Shown piece by piece: positions 9,870 through 19,136 of a stretch of 64,000 bases of DNA; positions within the stretch are counted from its first letter, which is position 1; each line of letters begins with the position of its first letter. This stretch comes from Planctomycetota bacterium. Its GTDB lineage: Bacteria > Planctomycetota > JAJSAM01 > JAJVHW01. The stretch spans positions 576,001 through 640,000 of the forward strand of contig CBDFJG010000001.1 in NCBI GenBank assembly GCA_965248445.1, read 5' to 3'. The notes below the pieces were generated by a model that did not search any database, was not told where the DNA came from, and saw nothing but the letters and a program-made list of their open reading frames with translations. The position numbers were made by a program, and so were the translations under genes.

Positions 9870-10080
9870 ATGCCCATCTCCCAACTCGAAGGCGCGACGA
9901 CTGCGGTGGCTGAACGGGCCCGGCCCCGGCCGAGGCCGCGTAACTGATGGCAGCGTCGCCCTCGAGCGGATGCCTCAACGTGCACCGGGTCCAAACGACC
10001 CCCTGACGAGTGCGGATGGATGCGTGCAGAGGGAGCCGGCATCGGCTGCGGTGGACGGATCGCCAAGTCGATCCGACGCC
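9870..10080 (+). ncRNA. Candidate bridge/seek RNA in the 3' non-coding end of the IS1111-type element (ends approximate)
   Basis: Outer stem GCGACG-A-CTGC (9894-9904) / GCAGCGTCGC (9950-9959) encloses loop segments TGGCTGAACG and GTAACTG around a GGCC-rich inner hairpin. Confidence 0.7.
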
Positions 10081-10086
10081 TTGACA
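10081..10086 (+). promoter_or_regulatory. Outward-facing -35 box in the IS1111 right end (half of a circle-junction promoter)
   Basis: Perfect TTGACA just inside the right sTIR, as known for IS1111 elements. The matching -10 across the junction is poor. Confidence 0.55.
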
Positions 10087-10105
10087 CAAGAGGCCTTCTC
10101 ATGGA

Positions 10106-11632
10106 CGTTCAGCCATTGTGTCTGAGCCCGTATCCAGATCTCCGAGCGGGTTGACGATGAACACCATGTGGGCAAGGACGACCTCCGCGAGTTGATCGAG
10201 CGGCAGTCGCGGCGTCTCGCTGCCCAGGACGAGAAGATCGCTGAGCAGCAGCGTGTCATCGAGGGGCAGCAGGAGGAGATCGCAGATCTTCGGAACCGCC
10301 TGAAGCGGGATTCGCGCAACTCGTCGCGGCCGCCGTCCTCGGACGCGCCGTGGTCCAAGCGTCGGCGCCGGCGAAAGCCCCCGTCGGACAAGAAGCAGGG
10401 CGGCCAGCTGGGTCACGAGGGCAGGACGCGGCGGCTGGTGGACGAGGACGAGGTCGATGACGTCGAGGACCACCGCCCGAGCGAGTGCTCGAGCTGCGGG
10501 GGCAAGGAGCTCGAGCCGCTGGCGCGTCGTCCGCACCGCCACCAGGTGTGGGAGATCCCGCGGGTGCTGGTCCCGGTGACCGAGCATCGTCTTCACCGTG
10601 CGCGCTGCCGGGAGTGCGGCGAGGTGGTGGCGGCGGCGTTGCCCGAGGGCGTCACCAAGAGCGCCTTGGGCCCGCGGCTGAGCGCGCTTGCGGCATCCTT
10701 GAGCGGCGTCTACCGCGTGAGCCGCCGCGAGGTCTCCCGGCTTCTCTCGGAGGTCTTCGGTGTGACGATGTCGCCCGGCACCGTGAGCGCCATCGAGGGA
10801 CGGCTCGGTGAAGGGCTCTCGCTGCCGCACATCCAGGCGCTTGGCGCGGTGCGCACGAGCTCGGTGGCCAACGTGGACGAGACGCCGTGGAGCGAACGTG
10901 GCGAGCTGCGCTGGCTCTGGACCGCGGTGGCCGAAGGCGTTACCGCGCACCGCATCGACTCCCGCCGCAACGCGGCCGCGATGAAGCGCCTGATCGGCCG
11001 GCGCTATCGCGGGGTGCTGGTGACCGACCGCATGGGCGCCTACGACAAGCACCCGCTCAAGAGGCGCCAGCTCTGCTGGGCCCACTTGGAGCGCGACTTC
11101 CGCGCTCTCGCCGAAGGGCCGCGGGGCGGATGGGTCTTCGGCAAGAAGGGCGTCGAGATCGCGGGGGCCGTGATGCGAGTGCACCGCGGCTTCCGCGGCC
11201 ACGGCGACCGCACCCGGCTCGCGCGCCAGCTCCGCGATCCCAAGCGCCGGCTCCGCCGCCTGCTCGAACGCGGGGCACGCGCCAAGCACTGTCCGGTCAG
11301 GGGCATGTCCAAGCACCTGCTGGCGCGCTTCGATGCGCTCTTCACCTTCGCCGAGGTCCCCGACGTCGACCCTACGAACAACGCCGCCGAACGCGCGGTC
11401 CGCAAGCCGGTGCTCTGGCGCAAGGGCTGCTACGGCAGCCAGTCCGCTCGCGGCGAACGCTTCGTCGAGCGAGTGCTCACGGCCACCGCGACGCTGCGCC
11501 GCCGGGGGGGCAAGTCTTCGACTTCCTCGCCGACTCGCTCGCCGCGCACGTCTCCGGCGCCGACCCACCCGTCCTCGTCAGCCTGCCGATCCCGCGCTGA
11601 GGATCAGGGCCCCCGAAGGGCTGAACGGGTAC
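10106..11632 (+). mobile_element. Second IS66-family (ISBst12-like) element, with its left TIR cut by the IS1111 element
   Basis: Left TIR remnant CGTTCAGCC at 10106. Right TIR GGCTGAACGGGTAC ends at 11632. No target duplication recoverable. Confidence 0.88.
10168..11600 (+). pseudogene. IS66-family transposase with a frameshift in a G7 run
   Basis: Paralog of 4556-5989. One extra G at 11504-11510 restores ...RRRGGQVFDFLADSLAAHVSGADPPVLVSLPIPR*. Confidence 0.85.
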
Positions 11633-11730
11633 GTCGAGGTCGCCCGCAATGCGATCACCGGCACTCCGGCTCCTCGGCTCGTCCCTCAGGCCGCCTCGGC
11701 CTGAGGCTGGATACCCACGTGAACGGGTAC
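11633..11730 (+). mobile_element. 3' remnant of another IS66-family element
   Basis: VEVARNAITGTPAPRLVPQAASA* resembles the IS66 C-termini in this window. It is followed by TIR-like GTGAACGGGTAC ending at 11730. Confidence 0.6.
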
Positions 11731-12061
11731 TCGCGCTCTACCGGAGACTCCAGGTGACTCGCCCGTTCTCTGCCCCCTGTTCCAGTATGACGACCGACAT
11801 CAATGGCGACTTCAGTCGGACGTCTCGACTGTCCACAATCTCACCGCCCGCGATCGTCTGTGACACCGTCTCCTTGTCCAGCGTGTTGAAGTAGACGGTC
11901 AACCGCGAACCAGCCGGTTCGGGAGCGTCATTCCGTACGACGACCGCCCGTCCTCGTCGAGGGAGGTTCGGGGTCGATCTGATCCAGATCCGGAACGTCT
12001 TCGCGCGCGACAGCGCTGAGGTGGTCGTGATGTCGCGGGCGGTGTCGGGCGTTCCATCCAC

Positions 12062-13593
12062 GTACCCGTTCAGGGTATGACGATCCGCGGCCTCAGCGCG
12101 TGATCGGGAGCGCGACGAGAGCCGGCGGCGAGCGGTTGTGCGCGAGTGCCGCGCTGACGTCTGCGAGGTAATCGAAGACGCTCTCGCCACGCTGGCGGAG
12201 CGTGGCGGTGACGGTCAGGATGCGCTCGACGAAGCGGAGTCCGCGCTCGCTCTGACTTCCGTGCGTTGCGCGTCTCCACAGGACCGGCTTGCGCACCGCG
12301 CGCTCAGCGGCGTTGTTCGTCGGGGAGACGCCAGGGACGTCGGCGAAGGTCCACAGAGCCTCCGCTCGGTCGAGCAGATGCCGAGTCGTTCCGCGTACTC
12401 GGCGGTGCTTGCTGTCTGCGCCGCGCACGAGCAGCGTCAGGAGTCGGTCCCATGTGAGACGCAGCTCACGCCGCATGCGGTCGCGGTCCCCGTGCTCGCC
12501 GAAGTGACGCTGAGCTCGCATGACAGCCTGGGCGAGACGCACGGCCTGCTTGCCGAAGCGCCGGCCGCCGCGCGAGCCCTCGGCCAGCGCTCGAAAGTCC
12601 CTCTCGAGATGCGCCCAGCAGATCTGGCGGCGCTCGGTGGGATGCTGGTCGTAAGCGCCCATACGGTCGGTCACGAGGACGCCCCTGAAGCGCTTGCCCA
12701 CGAGTCGCCGCATGGCCTTGGCGCTCCTGCGCCGATCGATACGATGGACCGTGGCGTGCTCACAGACCGCGCTCCACAGCCAATGCAGCGTGCCACGACG
12801 CGACCACGGTGTCTCGTCTACATAGGCGACGCTGCTCGTGCGTACGGCCCCGAGGGCCTCGATGTGCGCTGAGGAGATGGCTCCCGACACCCGCTCCTCG
12901 ATCGCACTGACCGTGCCCGGTGACATCGAGACGCCGATGACGTCACGCAACAGACGACTGGTCTCGCGCCGCGACAGGCGGAAGACGCCGACCAGAGCCG
13001 CGGTGAGCGCACAGAGTCGCGGGCCGAAGGGACTCGCCGTCACACCGCTTGGCAGCGAGGCAGTGGACGTGGCGCCACAGTCCGTGCACCGTGCCCGGTG
13101 CAACCGGTGCTCGGTCACCTGGATCAGCCGTGGCGGGACCTCGAAGACCTGCTGGCGTGTCGGGGCGCGATCGATCGGGACGAGCACGTCGCTCCCACAC
13201 GCGCTGCACTCGCGCGGGCGGTGGTCCTCTACGCCATCGACCTCGGACTCGTCCACGAGCTTGCGCGTCGCCCCTTTGTGGCCGGGCTGCGCACCCTGGC
13301 GCTTGTCCGACGGCGGCTTGCGCCGCCGCCGCTTCTTGGACCACGACGGATCCGAGGACGGTGGGCGCGAGGAGGTGCGGGAGTCCCGGCGAAGACGGCT
13401 CTCGAGATCGTCGATCCGTGCCGCCTGCCGCTCGATCACCTCCGCCTGCTCGGCAATCGTCTCGTCCCGAGCGTCCAGACGACGGGTCAGGCGCTCGACC
13501 AGATCACGCAGCTCATCGGTGCCCACATCCGATTCATCGACCGAACGGAAAGCGATCTGGATCCGAGCTCAGAACCAAGGGCTGAACGGGTAC
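12062..13593 (-). mobile_element. IS66-family element, copy 2 (apparently identical to 4525-6056)
   Basis: Same TIRs, length and protein. Flanks CCATCCAC / ACGCGCGC are not duplicated. Confidence 0.95.
12093..13526 (-). CDS. IS66-family transposase
   Basis: Translation identical to 4556-5989. Confidence 0.93.
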   Translation of the reverse strand: MGTDELRDLVERLTRRLDARDETIAEQAEVIERQAARIDDLESRLRRDSRTSSRPPSSDPSWSKKRRRRKPPSDKRQGAQPGHKGATRKLVDESEVDGVEDHRPRECSACGSDVLVPIDRAPTRQQVFEVPPRLIQVTEHRLHRARCTDCGATSTASLPSGVTASPFGPRLCALTAALVGVFRLSRRETSRLLRDVIGVSMSPGTVSAIEERVSGAISSAHIEALGAVRTSSVAYVDETPWSRRGTLHWLWSAVCEHATVHRIDRRRSAKAMRRLVGKRFRGVLVTDRMGAYDQHPTERRQICWAHLERDFRALAEGSRGGRRFGKQAVRLAQAVMRAQRHFGEHGDRDRMRRELRLTWDRLLTLLVRGADSKHRRVRGTTRHLLDRAEALWTFADVPGVSPTNNAAERAVRKPVLWRRATHGSQSERGLRFVERILTVTATLRQRGESVFDYLADVSAALAHNRSPPALVALPITR

Positions 13594-14200
13594 ACGCGCG
13601 CTTCGTGGTCACCAACGTCTCGCGCAGCTACAAGCCCGAGACGACCTACTGCAAGACCTACTGCGGTCGCGGCGACGCCGAGAACCGCATCAAGGAACTC
13701 AAGGGTGGCCTGGCGGTGGATCGCACGAGCAACTCGAGCTTCCTGGCGAACCAGTTCCGCGTGCTGATGACCGCGGCGGCCTACGTACTCTTCCAGGAGT
13801 TACGCTACCAGTTGCGCGGCACCACGGCCGCAGTCTGGCAGGTGCACACGATCCGCGAACGGCTGCTCAAGATCGGCGCCCGCGTCGTGGAATCGGTGCG
13901 CCGCGTCGTCGTGCATCTCGCGGCGGCCTGCCCATGGCGCGAGCTGTGGTGCCGCGTCGCGCGAAGGCTCGGCGCTGCGCCGGTCTGAGCGCAGCCGATG
14001 GCCAGAAGAACGACACGCTTCCGGCTACCGGTCCGTCCAGACCTCGTCCGCGCGGCGGCAAATGGACTTGAACGCCCCCTCGGAACGAAGATCCCGCCGT
14101 CCGAGACCCCGCCGACCTCGGTGAACGCCGCAAGTCGAGCGCCCGGGCGCTCGGACCGGCCGAGGGACGCCATCGCGAGCGTCGTCATGAATAGTGCGGG
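13594..14200 (+). mobile_element. 3' remnant of an IS1380-family element
   Basis: RFVVTN...YCGRGDAENRIKELK...FLANQFR...IRERLLKIGARV, stop at 13988. End CATGAATAGTGCGGG followed by CTAG. Confidence 0.85.
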
Positions 14201-14338
14201 CTAGCAGGCGGGCGCGACCAGGTCAGGCGATCCTCGGGATGCGTGCAGATGGCCGACTGGCCGTCAGCGCGTCTAGCAACTTGGGCTAGTTGCAGGTGTC
14301 CCGCGTTGTACGCCGGTGACCGCTCGGTCAAGCGCGTT

Positions 14339-15490
14339 CTAGAGCCTCTCCGAGCCGAACTTGTTGTCGCCGGTGTACGTGTTCGCGCCGTCGCCGGCGG
14401 TGTCGTCCAACTCCTTGCCGCCGCTCTTCTTCGTCTTGTTGAGGGTGAAGGTGTTGCCGGTGCCGGAGACGTCCACGCCGTCGTTGCCGGCCTTCGTGAT
14501 CTTGTTCGCCGTCACGCTGTTGCCGTTGCTGCGGACGACCAATCCGTCCTCGTTCACCTTGCTCACCTTGTTGCCGTCGATGACGTTCGCGTCCGAACCG
14601 ACCTCGACGTCGATGCCGTCCGATCCTGTCCCCTCGATCTTCTGGAACCTGTTTCCGCGGATCGTGTGACCGCCGGTCCCGAGCAGCACGATGCCGTCTC
14701 CGAGCGTGCCCTTGACCTTGTTGGAGAAGAAGCTGTGTGCAGAGCCCTCGACGAGGATTGCCTGATCGCCGCTGCGCAGGCACACGTTGCGTTCGAACGT
14801 CGCTCGCTGCGAGGGGTTCTCCGCGTCCGTGTTCAGGGCGACACTCGCCGGGTCGAGCACCTTGTTGCGCGAGATCATGTTGTCGTCGCCCGCGATCTCG
14901 ATGCCGTCGTCCTGCGGGGCCTTGACCGTGTTCCTAGTGACGATGCAGTCGTGCGATGGGATGCGGCCCTCGCGGACCTCGTGGTCACCTCCGAGCGTGA
15001 TGGCGTCGCGTCCGACGCCCTCGACGCGGTTCTTCTGCACGGTAACGCGACGCGAGTCATCGACGCGGATGCCGTCGGACGCGCCGCCGGTCACGCGGCA
15101 CTTCTCGATCACCACGTCGGTCGAGGAGAGCACGTAGATGCCGATCCCGGCGGCGTCCTCGACGCGGATCTTCGAGACGTCGATGTTCGTGGAGTTGCTG
15201 ATCGTGAGACCGGTGCCGAGCCCCGACGCGTCGATCACGACCTTGCCCTTGCCGCGAATCTCGATGCCGTCCTTGCCGTCGAGCACCGGCGTTTCGGCGT
15301 AGGTGCCCCTCTTGATGACGATGACGTCGCCCGTGTCCGCACTCGTGAACGCCGTCTGGATGTCGGGGGCGGTGGCGCTGGGGACCTGGATCGTCGCGGC
15401 GAACGCCGGACCCATGGTCGCGAACGTCATGACAAGTGCGAGCGCGACCCGGAATCGGGGAGACCTGCTGCGCGGCGGCATCGGCGGCAC
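14339..15490 (-). CDS. Secreted right-handed parallel beta-helix repeat protein
   Basis: Signal peptide ending AFA, TIQVPS...IQTA...GDVIVIKRGTYAE, and repeated DGI/NxV units. Confidence 0.85.
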   Translation of the reverse strand: MPPMPPRSRSPRFRVALALVMTFATMGPAFAATIQVPSATAPDIQTAFTSADTGDVIVIKRGTYAETPVLDGKDGIEIRGKGKVVIDASGLGTGLTISNSTNIDVSKIRVEDAAGIGIYVLSSTDVVIEKCRVTGGASDGIRVDDSRRVTVQKNRVEGVGRDAITLGGDHEVREGRIPSHDCIVTRNTVKAPQDDGIEIAGDDNMISRNKVLDPASVALNTDAENPSQRATFERNVCLRSGDQAILVEGSAHSFFSNKVKGTLGDGIVLLGTGGHTIRGNRFQKIEGTGSDGIDVEVGSDANVIDGNKVSKVNEDGLVVRSNGNSVTANKITKAGNDGVDVSGTGNTFTLNKTKKSGGKELDDTAGDGANTYTGDNKFGSERL

Positions 15491-15867
15491 CTCCTGGCTT
15501 CGAGATGGCTGTCTGCGAGCGACGGGAATAGTGCGACTCTATCGTCGCGACGGCGTCCGGTGTTCATCCCCTCGACGTCGCGTTTGGCGCGAGGACGCGC
15601 TCGGCGGTCGCGTCGTCCGGTTTGCTGCGTCGAAACTCCACGGTGCGCCGCGGAGATGCCGCAGGATGGCGTCGACGACCCTCGGATTCACCAGCACCGC
15701 GAGCAGCGCGCGTCAGGCAGGGTGACTCGGGCGGCGCGGGTCGTCAGCAAAGCCACGAGCGACGACGCTCGGAGCCTGCCGCGCAGTCACTCTTGGGTGA
15801 CCAAAGCGGGCGACGATCCCCGCATTCTGAGAGTCGGAGGCGCAAGTCACTGGCTTGCAACGAGTTG

Positions 15868-15899
15868 GGTGTGGCACGCCCGTGAGGAGTCGAACCTCA
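15868..15899 (-). repeat. att-like direct repeat of the tRNA-Arg 3' end
   Basis: 32 bp GGTGTGGCACGCCCGTGAGGAGTCGAACCTCA identical to 16935-16966. Confidence 0.9.
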
Positions 15900-16276
15900 G
15901 GACCGCTCGCCACTTCGTGCCCGATGTGGCGGCAGAGTTCCTCGGGGACGCGGTCCAGCTCGACGAGTAACTCCCGCAGCGTCTGCCCCTCGACGTACTC
16001 CATCGCCATGAAGTGCTGCCCGCCCGTCGCGTCGCAGTCGTAGGTGCGGACGACGTTCGGGTGCCGGACGACCTTGCCGATCTCCGCCTCACGCAGGAAC
16101 CGTTTGAAGAAGCCCGGCGTCTCCAAGAGGTGCGCGTGGACCACCTTGAGCGCGACGCGCGTGCCCTCGTCCAGCCCCGGCACGCGACCGTCCACGACGG
16201 CGGCGTAGACCTTGCCCATCCCGCCGGAGCCAAGCTCGCGGTCGATCAGATACGGGCCGAGGCGGTTTCCCTCCAC
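15900..16276 (-). pseudogene. N-terminal fragment of a Ser/Thr kinase, truncated at the att repeat
   Basis: LGSGGMGKVY, VALK, HPNVV and MEYVEG are present. Homology ends before the HRD motif, exactly at the tRNA fragment. Confidence 0.85.
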
Positions 16277-16346
16277 GTGCGAAGGCTACCAAGGGAGCGG
16301 GCTGTCCAGCGGTGGCGAGATGGAGTGCGTACGTCGTGTGACCGGA

Positions 16347-16835
16347 TCAGCGCTCCTCGTCCGGCCGCAGAAAGCGATGGACGTCCGGTGACGCCGAACC
16401 GGCAAGTTCTTCGAGGCAAGCGACTGCGCGTGCGCGACCACCCAACTCGATGCACGAAGCATCGGCGTGCACATAGAGCAGACCGGCGACCGCTCCCGCC
16501 CGGCGCAACGGGACGCATGCAACCGTGACGCACTCGAGATCGAGGATCGAAGGAGCAGGCGTGACGTCCGGCCGGAGGACGTCGATCAGGCTGACGCCTC
16601 GCCCCCCGTCCACCACGCGCTGCACGGCGACCCTCGAGTACAAAGGCGTGCCGGAGGGAACGGTGCCGTCGTCCAGCCGCCCGCGGACGAGGCGCGGCCG
16701 CTCCCCGGCGTCAAGAGCGAGCAGCAGTGCGGTCTGGGCACCGGTGACCTCCAGTGCCCGCTGCAAGAATCGGTCAGCAGCGTCCACGTCGCCCTCCGGT
16801 GAGCATTGCGGCGATCCCGCCGGAGCCAAGCTCAC
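16347..16835 (-). CDS. GAF-domain protein or fragment
   Basis: SRVAVQRVV...SILDL...VACVPL...VAGLLYV pattern. Start uncertain. Confidence 0.55.
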   Translation of the reverse strand: MSLAPAGSPQCSPEGDVDAADRFLQRALEVTGAQTALLLALDAGERPRLVRGRLDDGTVPSGTPLYSRVAVQRVVDGGRGVSLIDVLRPDVTPAPSILDLECVTVACVPLRRAGAVAGLLYVHADASCIELGGRARAVACLEELAGSASPDVHRFLRPDEER

Positions 16836-16938
16836 GGTCGATGCGGTTGGGGCCGAGGGTCTCGGGAGTCACGGCGGCACGGTATCAGGGTGCGGTGGGC
16901 CGAGTCGCCGGGCGGGACCTTCGCCGAATTGGAAGGTG

Positions 16939-17015
16939 TGGCACGCCCGTGAGGAGTCGAACCTCAAACCTCCTGATCCGTAGTCAGGTGCTCTATCCAA
17001 TTGAGCTACGGGCGC
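16939..17015 (-). tRNA. tRNA-Arg(ACG)
   Basis: GCGCCCGTAGCTCAATTGGATAGAGCACCTGACTACGGATCAGGAGGTTTGAGGTTCGACTCCTCACGGGCGTGCCA: 77-nt cloverleaf, anticodon ACG, encoded CCA. Confidence 0.97.
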
Positions 17016-17048
17016 GCCGGTCCCGCCTGTGAGGCAGGGTCGGTCGTC

Positions 17049-19136
17049 TTAGCCGGGCAAATCCCTGCGGTCAACTTCTCCGGTTGTCCCCGGATCGGGC
17101 TCTTGAGGCGCACGCGCGAGACCGAACAGGACGGCGACCCCGGCCACGACGATCAGCAGCGAGACGCCGACCGCGACGCCGTTGTCGCCGCCAGCATGAT
17201 CGTGTGCGCTGGCGAGCATCGAGTCCTCGCCCAGCTTCGCGGTCAGCACCAAGGACGCGTTGTTGAGCGCGTGCGCGGCGATCGCCGGCCAGATCGAGCG
17301 GCCGGCGACGGCGAGCAGGCCGAGCAGGAGCCCGACGAGGAAGGTGCCGAGCCACTTCTCTGGGTAGATGTGAAAGACCGCGAAGAGCGCGGCGGTGGCG
17401 ACCACAGCGGTGACGCCCGGGCGGCCGCGTCGCTTCTTCGTCGCCGAGAGTCCCGACATGACGAAGCCCCGGTAGAAGAGCTCCTCGCAGACGGCCGGAA
17501 GCACCCCGATCAGGAGCACCAGCACGACGGCGGGCGTCGACTGCACCAGCGCCTCGAACGCCTCCGCGAGCTTGTGGAACGGCCCCTCCGGCGCGATCTC
17601 GCCGATCACGTGGTGCTGGATGAAGCCGTTGACCACCGGCGCAGCGAGGCCGAGCGGCACCGCGAGGAGCATCGCGAGCGCCTGAGGACGGCGCAACCGG
17701 AACGTGTCGCGGAACGACACGTGGAACCACCACGCGAACAGTGCACAGGGCGCGGCGATCACCAGCGCCTGCGTCGCAAACACGTTCTCGAGCAGGTTCT
17801 CGGTCGGGAGAACGGGCTGCAGGTACCAGATCAGCGCGAGCGAGATGGTGCAGAGCGTCAGCGCCGTCGCGGGCGTCGGGAAGCGTCGGGACTTGGGCCG
17901 CTGGAGCAGCGGCGCGCTGCCCTCCGGGCCGCGGAACAGCGTCTCCTCCCGCAAGAAGAGCTGCACCGTGCCGTAGAGCGCGAGTCCGGCGGTCGCGACG
18001 GTCGAGAGAAGCGTGATCGCGGCAATCGTCCCGTCGAACTTGCCGACCATCAGGTCGCGGAAGAAGAGCACTACGTTCGTGATCGGGAGCGCCGCAAGCG
18101 TCGGCGTCAATTCGATGCCCGGGATCACGACCACCATCGCGAGCGGCATGACCAGCAGGAACATCGGCGTCAGGTAATGCTGCGCCTCCTTGACGCTGCG
18201 CGCCATCGTCGAGAGCGCGATCGAGAGCGCGCTGAACAGTGCGGCGAGCGGGACGAGCAGCGCGAGGATCCCCAACACCGACAACGGCCCGAGCGACAGC
18301 CCTTCCATGCCCTCGACGCCCATCGAACTGACCAGCGGGCCGAGCGTCAGCCACATCGACAGCAGATTGAGCAGGGCCGCGACGAGCGTGACGGCGCCCA
18401 CCGCGAGGTACTTCCCGAGAACGAGCTCCTGGCGGCTGCACGGCGCCACCAGCAGCGTCTCCATCGTGCCGCGTTCCTTCTCGCCGGCGACGACATCGAC
18501 CGCGGGGTAGAAGCTGCTCGTCAGCGTCATCAGCAGGAGAATGAGTGCGAGCATCTTTCCGAGCACGTAACCCGACCGCGCCTCGGACGACGCGATGTCG
18601 AGCGATTCGCGGACCTCGATCGGTTTCAGCCACGATGCCGGCAGCTCGTGGTCGCCCAAGCGTTCGAGGAGGATGCGATCGGCCGCGAGTTGCGCGCGGC
18701 TCTGCCACTTGCGGCGGGCGGCACGGCTCTCGTCGTCGCTGCTGTCGTGGTGCACGACGACACCAGCCGAACGGTCTCCGGCGAGCGCCGCGGCGGCGCC
18801 GTCCGTGGCCTCGACCCACAGTGCGATCTCTCCGCGCGCAAGCGAAGCGGCCGGATCATCGACCGGGACGACCTGAAGGTCCGGATCTTCTCCCTCTTCC
18901 CAGCGGAACACGGCGTCCGCGATCACCGCGGCGTCCTGACCGGTGACGGCGACGGTCTGCGCGCGCGCGGCGATACGCTGGCGCTGTTTCCCGATCAGCG
19001 GCCCGACGGCCAGCATCATCATCGGGTAGAGCAGCACCGGCACGACGAGCGCGACGAACAGCGTGCGGCGATCGCGGGCTGCTTCGAGCAGTTCCTTCTG
19101 CGCGACGAGCAGCACCGTGCGAAGGCTGAGCTTCAT
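17049..19136 (-). CDS. NatB-like ABC permease fused to a CPBP (Abi/CAAX) intramembrane protease domain
   Basis: KELLEAARDRRT, AGEKERGTMETLL, C-terminal EELFYRG...FAVFH...HALNN. Confidence 0.88.
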   Translation of the reverse strand: MKLSLRTVLLVAQKELLEAARDRRTLFVALVVPVLLYPMMMLAVGPLIGKQRQRIAARAQTVAVTGQDAAVIADAVFRWEEGEDPDLQVVPVDDPAASLARGEIALWVEATDGAAAALAGDRSAGVVVHHDSSDDESRAARRKWQSRAQLAADRILLERLGDHELPASWLKPIEVRESLDIASSEARSGYVLGKMLALILLLMTLTSSFYPAVDVVAGEKERGTMETLLVAPCSRQELVLGKYLAVGAVTLVAALLNLLSMWLTLGPLVSSMGVEGMEGLSLGPLSVLGILALLVPLAALFSALSIALSTMARSVKEAQHYLTPMFLLVMPLAMVVVIPGIELTPTLAALPITNVVLFFRDLMVGKFDGTIAAITLLSTVATAGLALYGTVQLFLREETLFRGPEGSAPLLQRPKSRRFPTPATALTLCTISLALIWYLQPVLPTENLLENVFATQALVIAAPCALFAWWFHVSFRDTFRLRRPQALAMLLAVPLGLAAPVVNGFIQHHVIGEIAPEGPFHKLAEAFEALVQSTPAVVLVLLIGVLPAVCEELFYRGFVMSGLSATKKRRGRPGVTAVVATAALFAVFHIYPEKWLGTFLVGLLLGLLAVAGRSIWPAIAAHALNNASLVLTAKLGEDSMLASAHDHAGGDNGVAVGVSLLIVVAGVAVLFGLARAPQEPDPGTTGEVDRRDLPG

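Larger units (their letters stand above)
4454..10105 (+). mobile_element. IS110-family, IS1111-group element, interrupted by nested insertions
   Basis: Removing the nested IS110 restores the left subterminal IR ATGAGAAGGCC (4461-4465 joined to 8680-8685), 7 bp inside the end. The right sTIR GGCCTTCTCAT (10092-10102) lies 3 bp inside the end. CG core on both sides (4452-4453, 10106-10107). Long 3' non-coding end. Confidence 0.8.

Noticed and set aside
11738..12061. Minus-strand coding-like stretch between IS ends
   Set aside because: Possibly a gene tail, but no family is recognisable and the called start lies inside the IS.
4525..13593. Composite transposon bounded by the two identical IS66 copies
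   Set aside because: Copy 1 has its own target duplication, and the outer flanks (CGCCTGCG / ACGCGCGC) do not match.
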